Virus record (IMG/VR): IMGVR_UViG_3300027782_000104
Location: 1 to 56,496 of that record
Origin: a virus
Lineage: Duplodnaviria; Caudoviricetes
DNA: 56,496 nucleotides
Direction: 5' to 3' (one strand)
Shown here: one piece after another, positions 10,801 to 19,344 of the stretch
How positions within the stretch are numbered: position 1 is the stretch's first letter
How the letters are laid out: each line of letters begins with the position of its first letter
The notes under the pieces: model-generated
The model's input: only the letters and a program-made list of their open reading frames with translations
What the model was told of the DNA's origin: nothing
Databases searched by the model: none
Position numbers and translations under genes: made by a program

Positions 10801-11305
10801 CCCCAGAAACAGCACCTGTTACTTTAATACCTCCGAACCCTGAAGGATTAATGTTCTTAGGTTCGCCGACACGAAGCTTTGACTCTCTGAGCCAACGTCC
10901 GTCAGACGCACGTAGAATATCATCGCCTGGATAATAGAAATCTACTTCTTTATTGAAAAGCGCACGAAATAGAAAACGATACGATTCTGGAGTACCTCGA
11001 GATTTATAAAAATCGCGAATATTCTTAATCAAAAGGCGTTGGTCTACAAGAGCGTCCTTTGGTATACTTGGCATAAGTTCGCGACGAAAATATTCAACAA
11101 AAGAATCTAATGTTCTGTCAATATCACGATAATCACTAAGAGAACGTGTTGCGTTAACAACCTTACCGTTCTGTTCCATATACTCAAAATATGCTTTCAG
11201 AAACGAAACGAATTGCGGTCCTTCTTCGCGAATAAACCCAGGAAACTGAGATTCGATTTGAGAAGATAATTTCTTAAATGTTTCGTTTGCGCCAGCTATT
11301 GCCAT
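7847..11305 (-). CDS. gp7: Baseplate wedge initiator gp7-like with C-terminal repeat stalk and LamG/ConA-like domain
   Basis: N-terminal SQFPGFIREEGPQFVSFLKAYFEYME, FYKSRGTPESYRFLFR, ASDGRW. LQDNFYYQEFSYVI..VHPSG motif. Then ESITxTDS repeats and YTIEGW..NTWYHFALVRSG..GYMTNLRVV. Confidence 0.82.
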   Translation of the reverse strand: MAIAGANETFKKLSSQIESQFPGFIREEGPQFVSFLKAYFEYMEQNGKVVNATRSLSDYRDIDRTLDSFVEYFRRELMPSIPKDALVDQRLLIKNIRDFYKSRGTPESYRFLFRALFNKEVDFYYPGDDILRASDGRWLRESKLRVGEPKNINPSGFGGIKVTGAVSGATAVVQGVVSTISSGMIIYDMTVESIDGTFVDGERVFDDNNNYATVSAQIGPVTQFNITEGGSRHNTGDLIEIGGAGSTSTATAIVTRVKEATGITARIVKGGSGYTKNNTRVRVNGDGTGTEIVVASYYPEAIPTALNSDIIGNMKNVRLDSDFFVRKGANTAAVTKKLTGILKAKTSTNTVYGIGSAFTSQLAVGDIVRITGSSTALRVHSIGGAQTFVSTARTNVNARANGYSKLAAANVSSTLASALTYSTASFYMINAISIINPGKNYTTIPTITIIDDEITKLNVDDGYGGYLGRNAVAVANTITGEIAELNILTRGSNFNKYSAAYMLNTTQGNSSFTTSHAGRSVSGAAATKYTIQKKTYSGEGLAQPTGVTNYPGKYVDTKGFLSWNNKLQDNFYYQEFSYVIRVTELLEKYRDVVRKLVHPSGTKLFADYQINATVNTPALTTLTQSSIFALSLSESVSIIDTVVGARVTSGILGPETISLTESMLGYVTKNVAYNESISATDSLNSTNKAVATTTESVDATEIVNGTYRSVNLTSGTESITVTNTNDATYVSDLNTGTQSITTTDSVAGIYTSGELDTGAQSITATDTMVGYVTKNVAYDESFTATDSIVGTNRAIASFAESITSTDSVVGISSIPSVITESITSTDSIIGYGVTSAETSESITSDDSVVGGVVTSATTGAESVTPTDSIGALVTLGASISETITSTDSVVGANRTSGAITENNGAITPYASVQISVYQSTQISEFVTPVLNLDDTVYVGNSVAGSLSFPGGVAETRMLDLNTGFTLNDSSYTIEGWIRLPDFTNAYSILGAITGDTTVGPINLFVSNSTTFTSDGNGGLGQKAYTVPAMSANTWYHFALVRSGTTETLFLNGTRSSTGTLTNSINYIGATKRIGASYLRSWPGYMTNLRVVVGTAVYNPTATTITVPNFVPLPNIPNTKYLMLGDSPTIDASAVNIVTNTGSVTQSSSIKPF

Positions 11306-13191
11306 TAGAAGTTATATAACCTTCCGGTAGGAGTTAGCAATGTAGCTGTCTGACCCATCGTGTCTACGTTCGAAGAAACAGCAACCGTTTTACCTGTGTT
11401 GTCATCAATCACGTTAACGATAGTCTGAGACATTAATAAAATTTGATTTCGAATAGGAATGATATTGGGATTAACAGGAGAAACAACAATAGAAATTTCA
11501 GAACCAACAATAGTGCCAGGAACGAAACTATTAATATTCACCGTGCCAGTTTCGTAGTCTATGGTTCCTGCTGTATTGTTTGTGTATACTCTCGAAGAAA
11601 TCCCACCAATACCAGTCGTATGATAAATGCGAAGCGTACCATATCCATTATCATCGAAATATGAATTAAAATCAGCATACTGGAACTGCGAAGAAGTTAA
11701 GCAACCAAATGCAGAATTCTGTATAGTATCACTCAAAGAACCTAGTCTTTGAATCTTATGATTGAATTTCAATGTATATGAGTTGATGCCAGTAAAATTA
11801 GGCACAAATGTTTTTCTCAAACGAATATTTGCGTTTGTAGAAACGATAGCATCATCAACGCTGTCTAGAAAATCTAAGAATCTTGAATATCTAAAACGCT
11901 GACCAAATCTTGAAAGATAAGCACTTTCGTATGCTATGACTTTATTGGTTATAGCGTCAGCAATTTCACCAGGAGTTTTTGCAGTTTGCGAAGGAACATA
12001 ACGCACGTCAATTTCTGGCATAATATACAGATAAGTTGGATCAACAACTTCTACGTCAATTGATTGTACATTGAACTTACGAACAGAAGTACGAATATCA
12101 GTTTTGCGAGTTGTTGAGAATAGAGTTCCGGTTTTAGGTTTCGGACAAACAAATACTTTACCATATATCGGAGGAACGTTTTCTTCGCCACCCCAAACAG
12201 TAACAGCTTGAATATCTGGATTTTCACGAAGCAGAATACGCTCATAGTCGTATGATGTTACGCTACGATTTTGGGTTTCATATTGAAGAGGAGCATTAAA
12301 ACGAACCGACTCAATTGATTCGATAGCAGCACCACCTGAAGCACGACCTACTGGTTCGATGTATATGCCATTTTGTCCGTCAATAGTAGAACCAACAACA
12401 TTAAAGATATTAGCGCCATTTGGAGCTGCACCATTACAAACACGATAAGAAACAGCAACAACACTTGATGTGGATGGTAATTTACCTAAAACGCCATCAC
12501 CGAAAACAACTTTATATCTCTGCTCTTTATCCGCTTCTACGAAATATATCTGAGAACTAGAATTGATAGTCAATATGTCATCTACTTTAACGTAATTTTG
12601 TGTATTACCGCTCGTAGTGACAGTTACAGTGATGCTCGACGTATCTACGTTATCGTTAGGTAAAACGAATGATGTGTTAGATGCGCGATTGAATAAGAAT
12701 CTGTGAGTAAGCGGAACACCTTCTGTGATACGAATATATTCGGAAAATCCATCATCAGTGTTAGCCGTAATTGTGTATGTTTGAGGCGCAACGAATGTGT
12801 ATGAAGTTCCGTTAACTGATGTAGTGAACTTAGTGTCTTTAGCGACACGAATAGAACGGAATGTTGTATTCGCTACCGAATTCGTGAAGATAAGCTTGAC
12901 GTTCGCACTCGCGCCTCGCGCGCTCGTGGGAGTATATCCTAATTTTTTAGCATGAGACACAACGCTATCATAGAGCTGTGCTGTGTCTAAGAACGACTCG
13001 TTAGCAGCCATATTAACGTAGAACGCATTATAGTATGTGTTATATGCCAATAAGTCTAGAAGCGTTCCTAGAGCAGAGTCGTTAAAATCGTAGTCTGTGA
13101 ATTCAGGTTTAGCAGCAATGAACGTGCGCAGATTTGCACGAATCGTATCGTAATCTAATCCTGTTACTATGAGATCTGTATTAGCAGGCAT
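11305..13191 (-). CDS. gp6: Baseplate wedge subunit gp6
   Basis: LDYDTIRANL..FTDYDF..LLDLLAYNTYY..ANESFLDTAQ..HAKKLGY, FGDGVLGK, ESIESVRFNAP, WGGEENVPPIYGKVF. Confidence 0.95.
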   Translation of the reverse strand: MPANTDLIVTGLDYDTIRANLRTFIAAKPEFTDYDFNDSALGTLLDLLAYNTYYNAFYVNMAANESFLDTAQLYDSVVSHAKKLGYTPTSARGASANVKLIFTNSVANTTFRSIRVAKDTKFTTSVNGTSYTFVAPQTYTITANTDDGFSEYIRITEGVPLTHRFLFNRASNTSFVLPNDNVDTSSITVTVTTSGNTQNYVKVDDILTINSSSQIYFVEADKEQRYKVVFGDGVLGKLPSTSSVVAVSYRVCNGAAPNGANIFNVVGSTIDGQNGIYIEPVGRASGGAAIESIESVRFNAPLQYETQNRSVTSYDYERILLRENPDIQAVTVWGGEENVPPIYGKVFVCPKPKTGTLFSTTRKTDIRTSVRKFNVQSIDVEVVDPTYLYIMPEIDVRYVPSQTAKTPGEIADAITNKVIAYESAYLSRFGQRFRYSRFLDFLDSVDDAIVSTNANIRLRKTFVPNFTGINSYTLKFNHKIQRLGSLSDTIQNSAFGCLTSSQFQYADFNSYFDDNGYGTLRIYHTTGIGGISSRVYTNNTAGTIDYETGTVNINSFVPGTIVGSEISIVVSPVNPNIIPIRNQILLMSQTIVNVIDDNTGKTVAVSSNVDTMGQTATLLTPTGRLYNF

Positions 13192-13622
13192 TAGCGGACC
13201 CTATTAAGATTGACGTCCAGCGATACGTCGTTGAGTGTACCCACGTTTCGGAAACGTACAGTAACCGATAGTGCGTTTTCATCTGTATATTCTTTTACTG
13301 TTACTGATTCTCTGCCGTCTTCAGACTCGAGCTTCACTCTTGGCTCGTAGTTTCCGATAGCGATATTAACCATCGTCTCGAATTCTGATTTCGTGATAGA
13401 GTTGAAATTCTCAAACAAACGAGCACGAATATTGCCGCCGAATTCTGGGTGAAACGGGCGCTCGTAGTGATTTGTCATGACAAGATTCTTGACGGCTTGC
13501 TTAACGGCTTCGTCGTCTTTTTTGATTATTAGCTTACCAGTCGTAGGGTGACGTCTAAACGCAAGGTCGAAATCCCTGTTCGTCGCTTTATTAAGATATG
13601 CCGGCAGAGATTTCTTTTGCAT
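13191..13622 (-). CDS. gp25: Baseplate wedge subunit gp25
   Basis: DFDLAF..HP..AVKQAVKNLVMT...ERPFHPEFG..YEPRV. Confidence 0.93.
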   Translation of the reverse strand: MQKKSLPAYLNKATNRDFDLAFRRHPTTGKLIIKKDDEAVKQAVKNLVMTNHYERPFHPEFGGNIRARLFENFNSITKSEFETMVNIAIGNYEPRVKLESEDGRESVTVKEYTDENALSVTVRFRNVGTLNDVSLDVNLNRVR

Positions 13623-13650
13623 AAACCCTTTTCCTTTATCTTATTTATTC

Positions 13651-13679
13651 TTGACAAACAGTGGTATTTACATTATAAT
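13651..13679 (+). promoter_or_regulatory. Perfect sigma70 promoter, antisense to the late baseplate operon
   Basis: TTGACA-17 nt-TATAAT in the gap between gp25 and the upstream gene. Confidence 0.65.
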
Positions 13680-13690
13680 ATGAAATGTAA

Positions 13691-15142
13691 TCAGGCGTTA
13701 GTAATAGCTTTAGCAGCCCTTTCAGCCATATCAATAATATGCAAAGCTTCTGCCACAGTTGTGTTAGACTTTATCTGTGGATATTTCTTTTTCATATCAG
13801 CATAGCTCATAGAAGTGAGTTTACTATAGTCTGTCATCTGTTCCAGTTCAGCCATATGCTTTTCGATTTTAGCAGCAAGCTCTAGTCGTTTTTGTTCTTG
13901 TGCTAACAATTGTTGGTCGCGACCATATCCACCAGCGCCCCAGTTAACTGTATTCGCAGTATTTGTTAACTTCTGTTCGCCGTATGAAGTTTTTGCAGGT
14001 CCACTATTAATTAGGTTCGTTTGAGGTGCGATGGTTGACATCATCCCCATAAAAGCAGATAAAGGTTGAGTCAATGTCGCTAGAGTACCTCCAGCAGCTG
14101 CTTCGGCGAATAGATTTTTCATCTGTAATGCTTTAACAGGTTTTGCTGGATTAGCTGTTTTCTGAGGTTTAATAGCGTTTGCTGTAGGAGTTTTGCCTGG
14201 AATAGGGAGCATTTTCATTACTCCTCCAGCCAAATTCATATTCGGTATCATTGTATTTAGATTGATTCCGGCACCTGAAGCTGCTCCACTAATCATTTTA
14301 TTCGCTATAGCATTCACATTTATCATAGGAAATTTCGCAGCAATTCCAGCTGCTGAAGCTGCGAATGCGATAGGATTACTTGCTAAACCAGCAAGACCAG
14401 CAACCTGACTCTGAAGATTAACAACATTCTTAAGAGCGTCCGCTCCAGGAATATCAGACAATAGATTTCCATTAACAGCTTTAAATAATAAAGCAGCTGG
14501 TCCTTTTACTTGAGCAGTTAAGTGAGCTTTAACACCAGCAATTTGTCCTGCTATATTATGTGCACCTGCTGCGGCTGCACCGACTCCTCCTGGAAGTCCT
14601 GGGATTCCAGCTGTAACTGCTCCCATAGCACCTTTCATAGCTTCCATAGGACCATCCAATCCAGGAGGCACAAAACTTTTTGCTAATCCTGTTAGTGAAG
14701 ATAAACCACCACCAAGAGCACCTGCAGCTGCACCAGCAGCACCTCCTAATGCGCCTCCCAAAGCTCCTGCAGCAGCTCCTCCTAATGCATTTGCTGCTCC
14801 GCCTAATGCTCCAGCAGCTCCAGCCAATCCGGCGGCTCCAGCTAATCCACTAGCGAAATCTGCAGCTTTTGATGCGGCATTAAGAGTCGCCAATCCTTTC
14901 ATCACATTTGGATCTATTTGAAATGTTGGAGGTTTAAATCCCATAGGATTTGCGAGCATAGCTGCAGCATTTGCTTTATTAATCATGTCTGGATGTTTCA
15001 TACTCAAGTCATCAATCATGTCTTGAATTTTATCAGCACCTTTGTACATGATTTGCTGACCATTAATTGTATACATTTGTCCTGGAACTGCGTCTGGAAA
15101 AGCAGTTGCTATTTTATAATCTTGCGATACTTGATCTACCAT
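13691..15142 (-). CDS. Ala/Gly-rich hypothetical protein downstream of PAAR (probably virion-associated)
   Basis: Long ORF. The likely start (MVDQVSQ, 15142) overlaps the PAAR stop (TAATG). Low-complexity AAGALGG repeats. Confidence 0.75.
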   Translation of the reverse strand: MVDQVSQDYKIATAFPDAVPGQMYTINGQQIMYKGADKIQDMIDDLSMKHPDMINKANAAAMLANPMGFKPPTFQIDPNVMKGLATLNAASKAADFASGLAGAAGLAGAAGALGGAANALGGAAAGALGGALGGAAGAAAGALGGGLSSLTGLAKSFVPPGLDGPMEAMKGAMGAVTAGIPGLPGGVGAAAAGAHNIAGQIAGVKAHLTAQVKGPAALLFKAVNGNLLSDIPGADALKNVVNLQSQVAGLAGLASNPIAFAASAAGIAAKFPMINVNAIANKMISGAASGAGINLNTMIPNMNLAGGVMKMLPIPGKTPTANAIKPQKTANPAKPVKALQMKNLFAEAAAGGTLATLTQPLSAFMGMMSTIAPQTNLINSGPAKTSYGEQKLTNTANTVNWGAGGYGRDQQLLAQEQKRLELAAKIEKHMAELEQMTDYSKLTSMSYADMKKKYPQIKSNTTVAEALHIIDMAERAAKAITNA

Positions 15143-15432
15143 TAACCACCTGCGAATACGTTTGGAGAACCTGCAGCAACAGAAGTGCAACCAGAAATTC
15201 CGTCACCAATTCTACCGACACCTTTACCGTTTGCGAAAACAGTAGTAGAACCAGTTGTGATAGCTGCTGAATGGGACGGACAAGGAGCACCAGGAAGTAG
15301 ATGTGAAGTGTTTACGTCACCTTGACGACTTACGCCTATGCCGTTTATAAACACGTCTGAAGATTTTCCTTGCCTAGTCATTCCCGAACAATGAGCAACG
15401 TCTGCGTCACCAAATCTAGTTACTGCTGGCAT
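15142..15432 (-). CDS. gp5.4: PAAR spike-tip protein (gp5.4-like)
   Basis: MPAVTRFGD..HC..SDVFING..RQGD..H..GSTTVFANGKGVGRIGD..GC..VAAGSPNVFAG. Confidence 0.93.
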   Translation of the reverse strand: MPAVTRFGDADVAHCSGMTRQGKSSDVFINGIGVSRQGDVNTSHLLPGAPCPSHSAAITTGSTTVFANGKGVGRIGDGISGCTSVAAGSPNVFAGG

Positions 15433-15629
15433 TATTTCTTTTCCCTTTTCATAAGCTCTTTTAGTTTATCATTCCATTCGGCAATTTCATCGTGTTCATC
15501 ATGCGTATGAGGACCTTCAGAAATTTCTGGTAAAAACTGTATCACATGATCAAATGATTCAGGAATATCTTCGAATCGAGTATATTCTGTCAATATATTA
15601 TTGTTTTTGATAACAAACTTATATGCCAT
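15432..15629 (-). CDS. Small hypothetical protein beside PAAR
   Basis: 65 aa, translationally coupled to PAAR. EDIP..FDHVI.F.P..GPHT..EH..W...L..LM motif recalled from T4-like gp5/PAAR loci. Confidence 0.75.
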   Translation of the reverse strand: MAYKFVIKNNNILTEYTRFEDIPESFDHVIQFLPEISEGPHTHDEHDEIAEWNDKLKELMKREKK

Positions 15630-15638
15630 GATAAATCA

Positions 15639-16304
15639 CTAATTCAGATAAATGTTAGAAGCTGTTGCAGTCATGTTACCCGAAACACCAATACCTAATT
15701 CACCACCAGCACCAAGCCCCATATTATCAGCCGATACTATAGATACGTCACCACCAGAAACGATACCAGTTGAACCAGCAGTCATATTAGCCGAATCACC
15801 AGAAGTTGTTACATTTCGATTACCACCTACTGTTTCAACCATATTAGACCCTGTAATATGCTCACGTTCACCGCCAGTTCTATGTGAAGTTTTCCCATTC
15901 ACCTGAACACGTTGGTCGCCTCCAGTTTCTTGGAGATTATTTCCAGCCGAAACAACACGAAAATCACCATGCGTGACGATTTCATAATCACCTTTAACTT
16001 CCTGTTTCATACTTCCGGTGACATGAATGAACACATCACCATCAACAGTAAGATTGAACTGACCAGTAATCTTCTGATCTTTTCCTGCTTCAAGAAATTC
16101 CTGATCTTGTGCTACGACCTTACTGATACGAGCGCCGTCATCTTTGATTTCAATGTAAGTCCCGCTCGCATGATAAATATGAATACGTCTATCATTTGGA
16201 GAATTGTCTATCTCAATCTTATGACCAGCTTCAGTAGTTGTGACATGATTCCCAAGATATTTGGAACTACTACCACCTGGTTTTTGCTCTTGATATTTTG
16301 CCAT
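15639..16304 (-). CDS. Baseplate spike gp5 C-terminal beta-helix as a separate gene
   Basis: YLGNHVTTTEAGHKIEIDNSP..RIHIYHASGTYIEI, followed by 8-residue V.G repeats ending IYLN. Own AAGGA SD. Confidence 0.85.
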   Translation of the reverse strand: MAKYQEQKPGGSSSKYLGNHVTTTEAGHKIEIDNSPNDRRIHIYHASGTYIEIKDDGARISKVVAQDQEFLEAGKDQKITGQFNLTVDGDVFIHVTGSMKQEVKGDYEIVTHGDFRVVSAGNNLQETGGDQRVQVNGKTSHRTGGEREHITGSNMVETVGGNRNVTTSGDSANMTAGSTGIVSGGDVSIVSADNMGLGAGGELGIGVSGNMTATASNIYLN

Positions 16305-16314
16305 TATTTAATCC

Positions 16315-17118
16315 TTATCCAAATGGACTACCAACGTCCGTAGCTGCATTTCCAGTTCCGCCTGGATTGCTTTGAATCAATGCTTTTGTTTCATCAGGTG
16401 CTGCTCTCATTTCTGGAGTTGAGCTAGCAGCTTCAATTTCAGCAGAAGTTATACCAGCGAGAGCGTCTTTAGCTTGTCCAGCATCTGGCACTTCGATATC
16501 TGGGGCAGAAGCACCACTATCAGTAGATTTCATCGGATGTTTCTTAGGAGGAATAGGAGCAGTAGTAGCTTTCGCTCGTTTTTCTTTATCTATGATTCTA
16601 GCGTCCGAACCTCGTTCCTGATCTGAACGACCAGCGAGAGAAGTAGAACTATCATCATCAAGAGAAGGATGAACTGCAGGATTTCCACCCACACCATTTT
16701 GCCCACCAAACATTTTACCTACACTATCCATAAGTCCTGCGACTAATGCTACTTTTTGCAGAATAGTGAGATTTTTTTGCTGTTCTAGTATTTGATAAGG
16801 AACAGGTTCTATAATAAGTTCGCCATTCGTAGTATCTTTCGCGAGCGTAGCGCGAGTATTAACGTCTACGACTCTAGCTTCTACGTTATATGTTCCTTCG
16901 AATAATGGACTATCAAAATGAAGTTTCCACACATTAGGAGTAACTTTTTCATCAACACCTAGTTTACCATCAAACAATTTGTATACAACGTAATTGATTT
17001 CTACTTCGATAGTTTCGCGAGGAATTCCTTTAGCATCTATTCGAGTGTAATCAACTGTTCCCGTAAGAATAGGCATAGTGTTCGAAGTTCTTAAAGGTTT
17101 TACGGTGATACTCGCCAT
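16315..17118 (-). CDS. Hypothetical protein between the gp5 halves; N-terminal Ig-like domain
   Basis: 267 aa. P.LTGT...W.L....PL.EGTYNVEARVVD resembles a bacterial Ig-like fold. Coupled to the gp5N stop. Confidence 0.65.
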   Translation of the reverse strand: MASITVKPLRTSNTMPILTGTVDYTRIDAKGIPRETIEVEINYVVYKLFDGKLGVDEKVTPNVWKLHFDSPLFEGTYNVEARVVDVNTRATLAKDTTNGELIIEPVPYQILEQQKNLTILQKVALVAGLMDSVGKMFGGQNGVGGNPAVHPSLDDDSSTSLAGRSDQERGSDARIIDKEKRAKATTAPIPPKKHPMKSTDSGASAPDIEVPDAGQAKDALAGITSAEIEAASSTPEMRAAPDETKALIQSNPGGTGNAATDVGSPFG

Positions 17119-17507
17119 TACTTAGCACCTCCAGAACCTGGAGCTCCTTGACCTGCTCCACCTTTCTGTTGAATATGAGGCATTGTAGCAAGCACAACAG
17201 GAACCTGACCAGCAGCACCGTCCATGAAAAATCCTAGAACCTTAGTTCCTTCTGCAATTCCTGTTGGACTTTGACCTACTCCACTGATAGAAGCAGAAGT
17301 TGTAGGAGTACAAACATAACACCACGGAAGGTCTTTAGTAGGAAGAACTCCCTTATCTTGTGAATGATGTACGTCGATACGGACTTTGATTCGTCCGAGC
17401 TTTAGATTATCTTTTTGCCCTGAAAACTGACCAGAACCGCGATCTTCAACAGTGCCCATCCACCATTTCATGCCGTCCTGGCCCATTACTGTGCCTTCTT
17501 CAGCCAT
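17118..17507 (-). CDS. gp5: Baseplate spike gp5 N-terminal OB-fold as a separate gene
   Basis: WWMGTVEDR..D.LKLGRIKVRI..H..LPT.DLPW..SGVGQSPTG..EGT.VLGFFMDG..Q.PVVL; stops after 129 aa. Confidence 0.9.
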   Translation of the reverse strand: MAEEGTVMGQDGMKWWMGTVEDRGSGQFSGQKDNLKLGRIKVRIDVHHSQDKGVLPTKDLPWCYVCTPTTSASISGVGQSPTGIAEGTKVLGFFMDGAAGQVPVVLATMPHIQQKGGAGQGAPGSGGAK

Positions 17508-18757
17508 TATGCAACTCCCGAATTACCAGATGAAGATTTGTTTTTAGAATCAGATTTGCATTCTAAAATACAATTATATTTCATATCGTTTTCTTCTTTA
17601 TATATAATATGTTTTATAGAAGTAACCAAGAACGAACCGGAACGCTGGTCCAGTTCCATATTTTCTTGGTTGCCTGGAATATTGATTTTCACTTTAATTC
17701 CTGGTTTATATGCAGTGTTTCCAGGAACACGAATATTTATGACCAGATTATCTAGCTGAACAGCAGCAGACGACTGAGCTGCATGTTCAGGAAGCGAACG
17801 TTTATGCTCAGCAATTTCAGGGTCGCGCGAGTCGCGAAATTTACTTTTCACTTGACCTGGAGCTACGATTAGATTATATCTTTCACCACGACCACTGGTT
17901 TGCTTTTGAGTTAGTTGCGTAGAACCTGTATGAGTAGTATCACCTGCTCCGTCACGTTTACCTTTTTCCGACGAGTCGACTTTTCCTGTCGTGGGGTCGT
18001 AGAAATACCAGTGATCTGAATCTGCGCCATTATAGCTAGAATCTAAGCTATTGAAATCGCCTTTCTGGTCGAACGAAATGATTTTGAAATTAGGATCACC
18101 ACCAGCAGCACCGATGTTCTGAGCAGCATATGAAAATGTGTACTCGTCACCACCAGAAAGCATTTTATCTACTGTGCGAAAATGATATCCGTCGCGGTCT
18201 TGATAGAAAAGATAGTTAGACGCTTTTGCTTCAGCTGATTTGCCTTCTTTAGCAGCCCAACGAATAGCAGTGATTGGAGACTTACCAGTTCCATGATAGC
18301 TCTGCTTATCTTCAGTTTCTTCGTTAGTTGCTAGATCTTTTTTCAGAGTCTTAGTTTCTTTGGTGTATTCTTCGTGCCAATCTTTGACCATATCGGACAC
18401 TTTTTTGCCCTTATATGCTTTGACAATTTCTTTTTGATTCTGTTCGAGAAACTCTTGAGGTACGCAGTTGATATTAAACATGTCCTGATTACTTTTCACG
18501 CGCATGCGATTACCCTGCATTGCAGTTACGAAATTCATCTTGATCGTGCTTTTACGATCACCAAACATAATAGATACGTCTTCGCCGCCTTTAAGATTAG
18601 CTCTTTGATTGAATCCGCTAGAATCGTTAACAGTTAAATTACATGATGCGCAAGGTGCGTATATGCTTTCAAAATACTCCAGCATATTGATTAGCTGTTT
18701 GATTTCTTCGCCGTTAACAGATACCTGATTTAAATTGCCGCCGCCTACATCACTCAT
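17507..18757 (-). CDS. Baseplate hub protein gp27-like
   Basis: YFESIY..S..L.V.DS...L.GGE, YLFYQDRDGYHFRTVDKM, I.VPGN...PG, SGSFLVTSIKH; lies between gp53 and gp5. Confidence 0.75.
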   Translation of the reverse strand: MSDVGGGNLNQVSVNGEEIKQLINMLEYFESIYAPCASCNLTVNDSSGFNQRANLKGGEDVSIMFGDRKSTIKMNFVTAMQGNRMRVKSNQDMFNINCVPQEFLEQNQKEIVKAYKGKKVSDMVKDWHEEYTKETKTLKKDLATNEETEDKQSYHGTGKSPITAIRWAAKEGKSAEAKASNYLFYQDRDGYHFRTVDKMLSGGDEYTFSYAAQNIGAAGGDPNFKIISFDQKGDFNSLDSSYNGADSDHWYFYDPTTGKVDSSEKGKRDGAGDTTHTGSTQLTQKQTSGRGERYNLIVAPGQVKSKFRDSRDPEIAEHKRSLPEHAAQSSAAVQLDNLVINIRVPGNTAYKPGIKVKINIPGNQENMELDQRSGSFLVTSIKHIIYKEENDMKYNCILECKSDSKNKSSSGNSGVA

Positions 18758-19344
18758 CTTACATATGTACCTTCATCAAAAATATATGGATGCTGCTCTT
18801 TAATAAGAAGCGTAAAGTTAAGGTCTAATAGAAATATGTTTTTGTTATCGTCGTTTATTTTACTTTCATGTTCAAATATAGTAACTGCTTTGCGCTCTGA
18901 CGCGATCAGTGAAGTGTATGTTGTATAATCAACCGTAATAGTTTTTTCTTGAATGATGCGCTGAATACCAGATTCAGTTAAGAGCTGATAAGGCGTGATG
19001 ATTTGCTCATAATGGTGATTTGTTCTCATAGCGTATTCTACGCTGCCATATTTCTGTTTGATATATGAATTGAACTGCTCGTATGTACGAGGCCACTGGA
19101 AATAAGGATCATGAATTTCATTAGCAATTAACACAAGCCAATCTAGGGTCTGGTCACTATAGTATTGATAAGCCACAGTATCTGGACGATCACCATCTTG
19201 CAAAATATAATTATCGAAATGAACTTTCGCGTTCGATATGAAACTGGTCAAAGCAAATCGTCTAGTGATATCAGTAACACTAACAGATTTGGTTTCTTTT
19301 GGAATACGATACTTGATCGTAGGAAACGGTCTAAAATAAAACAT
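18754..19344 (-). CDS. gp53: Baseplate wedge subunit gp53
   Basis: YFRPFP.I.Y, DITRR, DGDRPDTVAYQYY...LDWLVL.AN.I.DPYFQWP, KYGS, HHYE. Confidence 0.92.
   Translation of the reverse strand: MFYFRPFPTIKYRIPKETKSVSVTDITRRFALTSFISNAKVHFDNYILQDGDRPDTVAYQYYSDQTLDWLVLIANEIHDPYFQWPRTYEQFNSYIKQKYGSVEYAMRTNHHYEQIITPYQLLTESGIQRIIQEKTITVDYTTYTSLIASERKAVTIFEHESKINDDNKNIFLLDLNFTLLIKEQHPYIFDEGTYVR

Noticed and set aside
16315-17118. Intron, intein or homing endonuclease interrupting gp5
   Set aside because: No LAGLIDADG/HNH/GIY-YIG or intein motifs, and no non-coding room for intron structure; the genes are translationally coupled.
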